This document shows, piece by piece, positions 24,391 through 36,443 of a stretch of DNA of 64,000 bases; the stretch's first letter is position 1, and every line of letters starts with the position of its first letter. Made by a program: the position numbers and the translations under genes. This DNA comes from Octopus sinensis (lineage: Eukaryota): NCBI RefSeq assembly GCF_006345805.1, contig NC_043000.1, forward strand, positions 78,182,001-78,246,000. Reading direction: 5' to 3'. The notes under the pieces were generated by a model. It saw only the letters and a program-made list of their open reading frames with translations, made no database searches and was not told where the DNA came from.

Positions 24391-26097
24391 GCAGGTTTGT
24401 ATTTTTATGTATGTATTTTCGTGCACATAGTTGCATATCTAGACATGCTTATATACATTTAAATGATAAACTTCTGGAAAGTTTTACAGATTTTTACAGT
24501 TCCAATGATGAACTGGATCTGTAGTCTTCGAATTAGCTTTCTCCTTTCTGGTTCTGAGAACCCTAATTTCTTAAGATTGGTATTTAGGCAGTGTGTTACA
24601 TATCCCAGAGCTCCAGTAATTACAGGTTTTATAACCGGTCACTACTTTTTATAGCCGCGTTTTGTTACCGTTTGTGTAACACTACTTTTATATGTTTCCT
24701 ATTTGGAATTAGATAATAAATATATTTTACTTGTGAAGTAGGAATATATATTGATAAACCCATCACTTATAACTTACTTATAAGTGTTATCATTATACAT
24801 AAATCCTGACTCCAGCTACATAAACGCCATAGCAAGAAATATATACTCTGAAACACTAATGGATATTTTATACGTGCATGTATGTTGAAGATAAACAAAT
24901 TCATTTTCTTTTAACCACTATAAAAAATACAGTTTCATAATTGCAGAAATAAATTTCATTAACAAGTTGAAAAACGTGAAGAAAGAGAAAATAATTGCTA
25001 GATTATTTTATTTATGTACATTTAGCTTTTATAGTACAATTGGAAAGTAAAGTCATTTTGTCGTAGAGAATTATGACTTAAATTTCACACTAGCTAATCT
25101 TTCATACTAACTACTAGAGTTCACAACAATTCAAATAAGTCTTGTATTTTTATCATAGACATGGCATAAAAATAGCCAATATCTCAATGAGTGATTGTCG
25201 TGGAGTTTAGTAAGAATCCGACGAACACTATCGTGAGTGTCGTGGAGTTTAGTAACACCCAACGAACACTGATTAATTTCCCCCAGATCAGGGTTTTTAT
25301 AACTGCTCATACTGTATTTCGTGAAAGAATTCTCTTTGACGAAAGTTTAGAATTCAAATATGGGCCGTAATTTTAACCAATGAGATACCAAAAATTATGC
25401 TTGTTCGGGCAAACGACCATTATGTCATATTGCCGCCTTTTATGATTTGCTATACATGTATAAATCTGAACTTGTAATCTGGATAAGGTTACTGCAGATT
25501 TCTCAATAGTTCAGCATAGGTGTTCTCTTTTTCACTGATCTTCAGCTTTATGTTAACATCCGCTGGGCAGCTAAATTCCACAACTGTGCACAATTTCTCT
25601 TCTCTATCCCAAATCATTATATCAGCTCTGTTATGCTTACATTTTATTGAGGTCTTCACTGGGACATCTCACCAATATTCCTTTTTATTATGAGTGGTTA
25701 TATTGTGGGTTCTTATTTCTTTGTCCTCGGGATTATCCTTTCGATGGATTTCATTATAGAGTGTCCTAGCTACAACATCATGTCGCATCGGTAGATAATA
25801 CCGTGATGACATTTTCGGAGAACTGCTTAAGATGTGGGTGATATCTTCAGTGTGAACTCCACAAAGTCAACATCGGTTGTCATATTTTACTGCTTTTCCA
25901 GCATCTCTATCCCTTTTGTGCATCAAGTACTTGGTTGATATTTCCAGTTCTTGGATTGCAAACGCATACCCTTCAAAGTGAGAGGTAGTAATCCGGCAAT
26001 TGGTCTATGATAAACTGCTTCGATAATCTGTGTTACTATTATCACGGAGTTTTCTACTAACATATCCATGCATAGTCTTCTGCTCATATAGGCCCAT
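24391..26097 (-). mobile_element. RLE-type non-LTR retrotransposon 3' fragment (copy A) in (CATA)n, interrupted by an ~885-bp insertion at 24568-25452
   Basis: Minus translation: TMHGY, SHFEGYAFAIQE, RC*LCGVHTEDITHILSS (decayed CCHC), MRHDVVAR, PVIxGALG. The 3' end and the truncated 5' end both abut (TATG)n. Confidence 0.8.
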
Positions 26098-26182
26098 CGT
26101 GTATGTATGTATGTATGTATGTATGTATGTATGTATGTATGTATGTATGTATGTATGTATGTATGTATGTATGTATGTATGT

Positions 26183-26533
26183 GCAGATTTATATGTTTTA
26201 TGTATGTATTCTCATGCATATAGTTACATACTTAGATATGCTTATATATACTTAAATGATAAACTTCTGGAAAGTTTTTCAGATTTTTACAGTTCCAGCG
26301 ATGGACTGGATCTGTAGTCTTCGAATTAGCTTTGTCCTTTCTGGTTTTGAGAAACCTAATTTCTCAAGATTGGTATTTAGGCAGTGTGTTACATATCCTA
26401 GAGCCCCAATAATTACAGGTATAAACCTGAACTTGTAATCTGGATAGAGTAACTGCCGATTTCTCAATAGTTCAGCGTAGGTGTTCTCTTTTTCACTGAT
26501 CTTCAGCTTTATGTTAACGTCCGTTGGGCAACT
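26183..26533 (-). mobile_element. RLE-type non-LTR 3' fragment (copy B), same family as copy A, 3' end at (CATA)n
   Basis: KENTYAELLRN..LYPDYKFRFIPVIIGALGYVTHC. It closely matches 24391-24567 plus 25459-25570. Confidence 0.8.
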
Positions 26534-26991
26534 GATCTTTTTTATAGTTGGTGAATCGTTGAAAATAAATTGCACCTTCGACCGTGATAAACTTTTTTAA
26601 GGTTATTTTCAAAATATCTTCCCCCCCCCTCTCTCTCAGACGAGTAATATTTGTATTGGAACAAAACCCAGAACAGTTTCCACAAGAACATAGAGGTAAT
26701 TCCATCTGATCGTTTGGTAATGGAATATAATACAGGTTCAAACACCTTAATCATCTTACCATCTTCCTCTCTCTCTCTCTTCCCCTCTTCTTTCTTTTTC
26801 ATTCTCTCATTTTTTTTTGTCTTTACCCCTCTCCTGGTTTAGTTTATCACGTCTTTAGTTTACTATCACAATACCATTCAAAATCTAACATGATCTAGTG
26901 GTCATAAAGCCTTATCGATATTAATGTTGTTTTTTAATTCAGTAAATACATGTTCTTTCGTATTGTTGCTGTGATACACTCGAAGTCTGTC

Positions 26992-27051
<60 letters not shown>

Positions 27052-27649
27052 CTCCCCTCTGTTTATGCCTTCCTCCTGTCTCTCACCCACTCTTCCTTCG
27101 TCTCTCACTCTCTACGCTGTGACAGTCTGTTGTGGTTATTCATGTCTAATGTACTGACATTTCTAAAAAATTTCAGTACAATATTCTGGCAATTGTTACT
27201 AGATTTAATATTCCGTAGTTGAAATAGAAAATATAGTGCAAAGCACGGAACACAGAGTTGTTAATACTAAGAAAACTCTGTTCACACTGTAAGCTTGATG
27301 GAGAACTCTCTTGATACTTATAAAATACTGAAGAGGGTACTAATTGCTTAGAACGAAGTGAGAGAAAGACTATTTATGTTGATATTTTCTGTATGCAATA
27401 TAATTTTATCCGAATTTTGTGTTGTAATTTTAGGTTAGAACGTTTAACACGAACGCTTATACCTACTCAAGATTATACTTTGTACTACATAAAAACTTTG
27501 GTGGAAAATTCCCAGTATAGATTTTCAACACCTATTAGTATCAGATTAATGTTTAATTATTTGTTCATTATTGACAATCTTATTGTTTTCAAAAGGTTTT
27601 GTAAAAACAAGTACAAGGCACTGTATAAAAGTATATCAGCACACATATT

Positions 27650-28830
27650 GGATCTTTTCCTTTTGATGGACGGAATTTTTTAGTTAACTAAACAATTTGA
27701 AACTTCGTATACTGGTAGAATGTGTCAAAAGAAAACATTATTGTAAACAAAATTGAAAACAAAATTGTTATTTGTAAGTTTAACGTAGTTTAATTCGAAG
27801 AATTTTAACCAATGAAATCCTAGCATTTGAGCTCAAATCATTTTCTGCGTCTGAAAACTCACACACACGTCTTATTCATCCTTATCTCTTCTATCTTCTG
27901 TCTTCTGTGTGTGCTAGAAATAACAGCTATATCTCTTAAATCGATGAATTTTGTCGCCCAATAAAAATATTAACGATATTTTTTTAATATTTTCTTAATT
28001 TTTTTACCGAAAAGGCTTCCCCATGGTTTTGAAGGGTCAGAAACAACAAAAACAAAACAATAATATGCCTAAAGCGGTCTAGAGTTTGCGTGTGGAGTGT
28101 GAGTCGTATTGTAAAAATTTGCGAAATATTTTTTCATAAAAGCATGCCCCAGCTTGTCGGAGGCTGTGATATAAATTGGGAAAAAAATCCTCGACACCAG
28201 TACGTAATTGGTACTTAATTTATCGACTCCGAAACGATGAAACATTGCCCCCCCCCTTCTGGTTTATTTACCTTTTGTGTAAATTTGTTGCGGCAAGGGG
28301 CAAAACACAGAGGGGACAAAAGTATTAAGTCGATTCTATCGACACCAGTGCGAACACACGAACGTGTATGTATGCCTGTGTGCATATGTGTGTGTATGTA
28401 TATCTCCGTTTGTATGTGTGTGTACGCTTATATATTAATTACTATGTGCTTGTGCAAATGTATATGCATGTGTTTGAGAGAGAGAGAGAAAGAGTGACTG
28501 AGTGTGTGTGTGTACAAGTGTACGTGTGTATGTATCTGAATATGTGTGTGTGTGTGTATGCGGCATGCGTCTGCTATGTTTCTTTATCAATATCGATAAC
28601 GCAGCAAATGATCTGAGCTCAAATGCTGAGATTTCATTGGTTAAAATTCGAAGATGCTGGGATTTCATTGGTTAAAATTCTTCGAATTAAACTACGTTAA
28701 ACTTACAAATTACAATTTTGTTTTCAATTTTGTTTACAATAATGTTTTCTCTTGACACATTCTATCAGTATACGAAGTTTCAAATTTTTTAGTTAACTAG
28801 AAAATTCCGTCCATCAAAAGGAAAAGATCC
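27650..28830. mobile_element. MITE with ~200-bp TIRs and 8-bp TSD (Merlin-like)
   Basis: TIRs begin GGATCTTTTCCTTTTGATGGACGG (27650-27850, inverted at 28598-28830). TSD CACATATT at 27642-49 and 28831-38. Terminal GG with an 8-bp TSD fits Merlin. Confidence 0.82.
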
Positions 28831-29024
28831 CACATATTTAATTTTCAAAGTACAACGTCCAAGGTGAAAATGATGCTAATGGTTATAAAATGGATTGCTT
28901 TTCTTATCTATGTTGATGTTAGCTTAATTTTGTTGCGATAAAGTTAGTTAGGAAGCTTGATCTTTGCATTTAAAATAATCTTCAGCACTTTGCAAATAAT
29001 AATAATAATGAAGATGAGTTCGAA

Positions 29025-29212
29025 TTTTGGCACAAGGCCTGAAATTTTGGGGAAAGGAACTAGCCGATTACATTGACCCCAGTCAAGTACATTGACAGGT
29101 ACTTAATTCATCGACCCAGAAAGGATGAACGGCAAAGTCGACCTCAGCGGAATTTGAACATAGAACATAAGCATCTTGCCCGGCGTGCTAAAGATTCTGA
29201 CAGCTCGCCTTA
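29025..29212 (-). mobile_element. SINE family B between (ATT)/(ATC) repeats
   Basis: Family B sequence with trinucleotide runs on both sides. Confidence 0.78.
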
Positions 29213-29425
<213 letters not shown>

Positions 29426-29436
29426 GTAGCAATAAA

Positions 29437-29852
29437 GGATCTTTTCGGTTTGAACGGCAGTTTTTTAAAATAATTTCCACGTAACTAAACACTTTTAAAC
29501 TTCGTATACTGGTAGAATGTGTTTATAAAACATCTTTTTCTCTTGGCTTTATTGAGAAAATTCTACAGTTTGTAAGATATTTGTTGTTTTTTTCCTTCAA
29601 TTTCTGCAATTTCAACCAATCAATGACGTCTATTGAGGTGAAAACATTCTGTGCCGTATGAATATGTCCCTCGTTTAAGATACAGATTGGGTTTATTTAC
29701 ATTTCTGAAGAAAAAAAGATACCCTTCCCCCCACCCCTAAACCTAACCCTAAAACAGATTGAAATGCAATAGATCGATACTAGGGTCATAATTATGGGTG
29801 ACAATTTCATATGACACTGCTAGAAAAACTGTCGTTCAAACCGAAAAGATCC
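29437..29852. mobile_element. 416-bp MITE related to 27650-28830 (Merlin-like)
   Basis: TIR GGATCTTTTCGGTTTGAAC(G/A)..CAGTTTTT. TSD GCAATAAA at 29429-36 and 29853-60. Shares the internal aaacttcgtatactggtagaatgtgt with the larger MITE. Confidence 0.85.
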
Positions 29853-30439
29853 GCAATAAATAATAATAATAATCCTTTTAAATTCATTTTCATTAATTAA
29901 AATTTTTCCATTGACTGGCCGCGTCTCGTCGACGAGATCGTTAATAGCAGATTTACACAGTTCGTTTGCTTTGTTTTTATTTTTTCGTTAATGATGTTCG
30001 TGGTGGTGTTCGTAATTGTGGGTTTGCTGTAGCCACCGACGTTGGTGGTGGAGGTGGCAGTATTCTCGCTAGTGTTGTTACTGCGTTTTGTTGTCATTGA
30101 TCTCTTTTGTTTGTTATTGATCTCTTTTGTTTGTTATTGATCACTTTTGCTTGTCATTGATCTCTTTTATTGTTCCAGTGAAGGTGATGGCGGTGCCGAA
30201 AGCAGCTGAAAGTTACTTTCATACATTTCCCGTGCTGTGTTGTTGTTGCTGTAGTTGTGCTGTTACTGCTGCTACTATCTCAATTTGGATGTTGTGTTCA
30301 GTTGATAACTGGTTATTCTTTTCAGCGGACGAACAATCCTCATTCACCATCTTTCTTTTCTAAACAAAAATTCAAGGGCGTGTTTGCTAAACAAACCTTA
30401 ATTTATCGCCGAAGAGGATAACTTTGAGCAACAATATAA

Positions 30440-30893
30440 CAACAAACTTACGAGAGCGATGTGCAATACTTGATGAGAGACGAGCAGACTAGACATAACA
30501 ATAATAGACAAGGAAAAGCGAAGTTGCTTACTTATTGAGCCATAATACCCGTTTGATTCCAGGATTGTAATGGAAGAGGATGAAAAATCAAAAAATATGA
30601 TCTCTTAAAATTTGAAATTGCAAGAATTTGATGTATGAAAAGTGTAAAGGTTGTGTCTGTAATAATTGGTGCATGGGAAGCGATAAATTAAGATATAAAC
30701 AGATTGAAGGTAATCTGAATAGAATGTCATATAGAGCTTCTATAGAAAGTCTGCCTCTTAGAAACAGAAAAGGTTATTAGTAGATCTTAAGCACTTGAAA
30801 GGCTACTGAAAGCTTGTGGATACCTAAGGTTACAGGGAGTAACCCGCTCCCTATATAAACTCTACTAGGAATAAGAACGAACCTGAGTCATAT
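30440..30893 (+). mobile_element. Decayed R4/Dong-type RLE endonuclease 3' fragment
   Basis: Frameshifted DITIIDKEKRSCLLIE..PFD.RI..EEDEK..KYDLLKFEIARI..V.VIIGA. The 3' end is followed by aatagtagtaataat. Confidence 0.6.
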
Positions 30894-30895
30894 CA

Positions 30896-31058
30896 ATAGT
30901 AGTAATAATCCTTTCTATTAAAGGCACAAGGTGTGAAATTTGGGGGCGAGGGAGGGGATTAGTCCCTTACATCGACCCCAGTGCGTAACTGGTATTTAAT
31001 TTAAACCGCTAAGCATTTAACCCGGCGGGCTAACGATTCTGCCAGCTCACCGCCTCAA
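30896..31058 (-). mobile_element. SINE family B (internally deleted) in the tail microsatellite of the Tx1-like LINE
   Basis: Head gaggcggtgagctggcagaatcgttagc and tail ttgtgcctttaatagaaaggattatt. Confidence 0.75.
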
Positions 31059-31100
31059 TAATGACGATGATGATGATGATGATGATGATAATAATAATAA

Positions 31101-33050
31101 TTCGTTCGTTTATTTGCCACAAAGGCTAACAAAAATCAATTAAAACATAAAGGGACAAAACACAGGACGAAAGTTACAAAGGGTTTTGTCCGTTTGAAAA
31201 AGTCCGTGTACAAAAGCAGGATGATAACGAAAAATAAGTAACAATTAAAACTCTCAATAGGGGGAGGCGCTCGAAAGGTTACTCGTGGAAAAACCCATAA
31301 AAGCCACGGGAGCCTGGTCAAAAGGGGGGGGGGGTAGAGAGCCCTTTCTCCTTTATATTTCCTTTTAATTCTCACAGGATATTTTCAGAATTGGTCCGTT
31401 CATACTGGCCATTCTTGCGACATTCACCCACCTTTCAATAAACTTGCTACCAGACATCACTTCCCTCTCTACTCTCATCTTCCTTTTCAAATGAAACTTG
31501 ACAAAGTTGATGAGGCCTTGACCAAAGAGGAAAGTGTCTGACCATAGCCCTTTCAAACGGGTCCACCATATCACCTCTTTCGCTACAGCCACTAGGCAAA
31601 GGAAAACTGCCTTGCCCTCCCGGTTAAAGGAGGTCGGCGGAGCAATCCTCACTATGGATTCAGTTGATAGCCGGCTCCGTCCTATACGCGACAATAGCTG
31701 TTTGACATAAACCCATAGTTCAGCAATACTCGGGCACTGGACGAGTGCGTGCAGAACGGTTTCGTCGTCCTGGGCGCACCTCGGGTAGGCCCGTCTGACG
31801 GCACTTCCGTGCCGGTAGAGTTTATCCCGAACAGGCAGAGCTCCTCGGTAGCACTGCCAGACGAGGGACCTTTGGAAATTATCCATTGGCCCCGGCCCGA
31901 AAGTTCTCCCGAACAGATTGTTTAGCTTGTTATCGTCAACGCCTAGAGTTTCCGCGAGAACGTCGTCGCACTTTTCTTCCACTAAACCTCTATAGAACGC
32001 TAGAGTGGAACCACTACCGATCGCATTGCCCGCCTGGTGGAGGGCGGAGAGAGCTTGACGGCACTCGAGGTGCCAAGCGCCTTTCTCGGTCTGCGTTTGA
32101 TCCAAGACTGCAACTCTGTCAAAGAGATGAGCGGCGGAAAGTCGCGTCTGACAAAAAATGACCACACCTGTTCACCGTCTAGGAAACACTTGAGATGCCG
32201 TTGCCTGAGCGCATGTCTGCGCATCAGTAACCACGGCATGCCAAGGCCTCCGTTCAGCGGCCGTTGACAGCAGATGGATCGCTTGACCAGTGGTATCTGA
32301 CCCTTCCTCAAGAAGTCGAAGAGCAAGCGCACCAGCTTGGCCAACCAGCGGTCGGGACAAGGGACGACGGCCAATCGGTAATAGATGACGGATGCGATGT
32401 ACGCATTCGCCACTTCCGCTCGACCTTTCAGGAACAGCTTCCTCTCGGCCCATTTCTGGGTGAGATTGGCCACCCTGTTCGTCACCTCTTCCCAGTTTTT
32501 ATCCACCTGGAGGTCTGGACCGAACCAGACCCTGAGCAGTTTAACGGGTCCGTCTGTCTAGCGCCCTACGACACTGTTGGACGGCATGGACTTGCCTCTC
32601 ATGGTGCCCAGTTGCAAGCCCACGGACTTTTCCGCGTTAATCTTTGCACCTGTCACCGCTTCGTACTCGTTTAGTGTCTCGCCAATCAGGTCAATGTGCC
32701 TGTAGCTCCACACCATCACTGTGACGTCGTCGGCATAGGCAGACACGCTGTTTCCACCTCCTAGATCGCGCGGGATACCCCTCAAAGCCTCCAACTTGCG
32801 CAGTAATGGCTCTAGAGTCAATACGTACAAGAAGGAGGAGAGAGGGCATCCTTGGCGAACCGAACGCGAGATGTCAAACGGCTCCGAAAGGTGACCGTTC
32901 ACCCGTATCACCGAGCAGATATTGCTGTACAAAGCAGCGATCCACCCGCAGAAGACTGGACCGAAACTGGCTGCCTTGAGAACAGCTGCCAGGTATCGAT
33001 GGTCGACCCTATCGAAAGCTTTACTCTGATCTAAATTGATCCGCCCCGCC
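31101..33050 (-). mobile_element. 5'-truncated Tx1/L1-clade LINE (RT plus C-terminal CCHC-like region)
   Basis: NLDQSKAFDRVDH, SVRQGCPLS, SAYADDVT, GAKINAEKS, KRSICCQRPLNGGLG, YPRCAQDDETVLHALVQC. The 3' end is tggcaaataaacgaacga followed by (TTA)(TCA)n. Confidence 0.88.
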
Positions 33051-33573
33051 GCCTTCTTTTGACCGGGAAAGAGGCAGTTTTTCTCTGTGTAGTGGCTATA
33101 GCGAAAGAGGTAGTGTGGCCAAGGTTCAAAGGACCGAAGACAGATACTTTCCGCTTCGGTCAAGTCCTTATCGACTTACATGTTCCAAAGGGTGGTGAGG
33201 ATAGAGAGAGAAATACTGTTCCCCACCCTCACTGACACCGGTATTTTTGTTAAAAGGTGAGTGAATGTAGCGAGGATGTCACGTGTGAATGGGCTTACTC
33301 TGAGCATGCACCTGTAGGCCAGAGGGAATGGAGAGAAGAGAGATGCCCGCCCAAGTCTCCCTTGGTGTTCAACGTCTCCAAGATATGTGGGGTTCCTTGG
33401 CTGCTCCTGGATGGAACTTCCCCACTTTGGAGGAATTTTACTGTTCGAATTTTTATTGTTAATTGTTATTGTTTTTTTTACCCTTTACACGCATTATATG
33501 TAAATCCGCATTGTCCTTTTGTTGTATCGCCCTTTGTTTTTCTGGTGCGGCCCTAGTGGTCTATAAAGAAAGA
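33036..33573 (+). mobile_element. Second 5'-truncated Tx1-like LINE 3' end, fused head-to-head to the previous one
   Basis: 33036-33310 aligns with the C-terminal coding region of the 31101 copy (...gcagttt..ctct..ctagtggct.tagcgaaagagg...aaaggtg.gtgaatgt.gc). It ends gtggtctataaagaaaga followed by (ATT)n. Confidence 0.75.
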
Positions 33574-33847
<274 letters not shown>

Positions 33848-34053
33848 AGGCTGGCAGAATCGTTAGTATGCCGGACGAAAGGCTCAGCGGTATTTCGTCT
33901 GCCTTTACGTTCTGAGTTCAATTCTGCCGACGTTGACTTTGCCTTCCATCTTTTCGAGATCGATAGATTAAGTACCAGTGAAATACTGGGGTCGATGTAA
34001 TCGACTGGTCCCCTCCCCAAAATGTCAGACCTTGTGCCTATAGTAGAAAGGAT
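33848..34053 (+). mobile_element. SINE family B flanked by (ATT)n on both sides
   Basis: ggctggcagaatcgttag...ccttgtgcctatagtagaaaggattattatt. Confidence 0.85.
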
Positions 34054-34075
34054 TATTATTATTATTATTATTATG

Positions 34076-34123
<48 letters not shown>

Positions 34124-34917
34124 GTCTTTGCACAGCTTCTAATGCTGGAGATGTATTACGGTGTCAGCAGTTCACTACCAGTGGACTAAGGTAACCTCCG
34201 TTATTTTTCGAGCACCATCTGGAGTATTCGAGCGGTTTTAAACAGTGCTGTTTTCTGCAGCCCCTATTTGTTACATGTACTACTCGAGATTATTACTCAC
34301 TGTTCCCAGTACTCCGACAATTATTGGTACTATTTCCACCTTTTTCAGTGACTACAATTGCTTAATCTCCCAAGATAACCTGTTATATCTATCGACTTTT
34401 CTTTCTTCCTCATCGCTTACCTTGTTTTCAGCTGGGCATGCTATATCTATGATCCAACATCGTTTGCTTTCTTTCACAATTAACACTATGTCTGGTTTCT
34501 TATTCTCTATTTCATGGTCTCACCGAATCATAAAATCCTATAGGATTATCATTTTCGGTTCCTCATCGCGTTTATGTTCGTACCACTTTTTTGCTCCGTC
34601 AAGTCCATACTTGTTGCAAAGTGTCCAATGGACAATCATTGCTATGTTGTCATGACGTCTCTTATATTCTTTCTGGGCTAGTGGCATACATTGACTGGTA
34701 ATAAGCCATACAGTTTCTCCATTTTGTTCACAAATTCTGCACTTTTCACTTCCTGATGTGTTGTCTATTCTGTATTTGATGTAATTGGTTCTTAATGCTT
34801 GCTCTTTGGCAGCACAGATTAGAGCCACCGTTTCCGGTTTTAAATCACTCATAGTCATCCATAGGCATCTTTTTTCTGTCTTATCTTCAACATCAGTATG
34901 AAATTGTCCATGCATTA
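34124..34917 (-). mobile_element. 5'-truncated R4/Dong-type RLE element, 3' end at (TAA)n
   Basis: MHGQF, LKPETVALICAAKEQALRTNY, KCRICEQNGETV.LITSQC, EYKRRHD, then LWDF and KPDIV in shifted frames. Confidence 0.82.
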
Positions 34918-35340
34918 TCCTCCTCCTCCTCCACCTCCTCCTCCTCCTCCTCATCATCATCATCATCATCGCCATCATCATTATTATTATCATTGAGTGA
35001 GAGAGCAGTGCATGCTATCAAATTGACAGACAAAATATTTTGTATATTTAGTCTCGATGGTCTACGTCTTGAGTTCAAATCCTTATGGGATTTATCCTTC
35101 CCGTATCGATTAACTCTACTACATCCTGTCCTTCTACCTGTAACTGGCTCAGCATCATGGCCGCGACGTCTTGATACAGTATTTCACTTACTGTGTGCTA
35201 TTGACTACGAACTGGTATTATCTTTCTTGTGTCTATGAACTTCTCACTTCGATGGCTAGAGACTCCTTCACTGTCTTCTTCATTGCAATCCTTATATGTT
35301 CTATGATAAAAATTGTTGATATATTTACTTTATTACACAG

Positions 35341-35484
35341 GTCCAGTTGCAGGCCTTCTAGTCAAGAGACTCCACTCACGTCCAGTTGCAATATTTGGCT
35401 CAGTTATATCATTCATAGGTTTACTTACAAGTTCCTATGCCAATACTCTTCTACAACTCTACGTGCTGTATAGTATACTAGCAG
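35341..35484 (+). CDS. SLC16/MCT-family transporter, coding exon 2
   Basis: Acceptor tttattacacAG at 35340. Encodes GPVAGLLVKRLHSRPVAIFGSVISFIGLLTSSYANTLLQLYVLYSILA. Donor G|GTAAAT. 144 nt, phase 1/1. Confidence 0.92.
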
Positions 35485-35576
35485 GTAAATATACAATCTA
35501 TTTCTCATCTTACCATTATGGTTTCTGAAGCCTGACAAAGGATGTATATTCCAAGTAAGAACCACTATTACGATTC

Positions 35577-36215
35577 TCCTCTTTACTCTCTTTTACTTGT
35601 TTCAGTCATTTGACTGCGGCCATGCTGGAGTACCGCCTTTAATCGAGCAACTCGACCCCGGGACTTATTCTTTTGTAAGCACAGTACTTATTCTATCGGT
35701 CTCTTTTGCCGAACCGCTAAGTAACGGGGACATAAACACACCAGCATCGGTTGTCAAGCAATGCTAGGGGGACAAACACAGACACACAAACACACACACG
35801 CATATATATATATATATATATATATGGATGGATGGAAGCACTCCGTCGGTTACGACGATGAGGGTTCCGGTTGATACGAATCAACAGAACAGCCTGCTCG
35901 TGAAATTAACGTGTAAGTGGCTGAGCACTCCACAGACACGTGCACCCTTAACGTAGTTCTCGGGGATATTCAGCGTGACACAGAGAGTGACAAGGCCGGC
36001 CCCTTGAAATACAGGTACAACAGAAACAGGAAGTAAGAGTGAGAGAAAGTTGTGCTGAAAGAGTACAGCAGGGATCACCACCATCCCCTGCCAGAGCCTC
36101 GTGGAGGTTTTAGGTGTTTTCGCTCAATAAACACTCACAACGCCCTGTCTGGGAATCGAAACCGCGATCCTATGACCGCGAGTCCGTTGCCCTAACCACT
36201 GGGCCATTGCACCTC

Positions 36216-36271
<56 letters not shown>

Positions 36272-36443
36272 TATATACGACGGGTTTCTTTCAGTTTCCG
36301 TCTACCAAATCCACTCACAAGGCTTTGGTCGGCCTGAGGCTATAGTAGAATACACTTGCCCAAGATGCCACACAGTGGGACTGAACCCGGAACCATGTGG
36401 TTGGTAAACAAGCTACTTACCACACAGCCACTCCTGCGCCTAT
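35577..36443 (-). mobile_element. SINE family A split by a family C SINE inserted in its internal microsatellite
   Basis: Family A tail at 35577-35800 and head at ~36270-36443, with family C between them. Confidence 0.82.
35826..36216 (-). mobile_element. SINE family C (tail variant 1)
   Basis: tRNA-like head ggaggtgcaatggcccagtggttagggcaacggactcgcggtc..ggtttcgattccc, shared with 54739-55041. Ends gtcgtaaccgacggagtgcttccatccatcc. Confidence 0.78.

Noticed and set aside
29735-29755. Telomere-like cctaaacctaaccctaa
   Set aside because: Only 2-3 imperfect units, internal to the MITE, and not an interstitial telomeric array.
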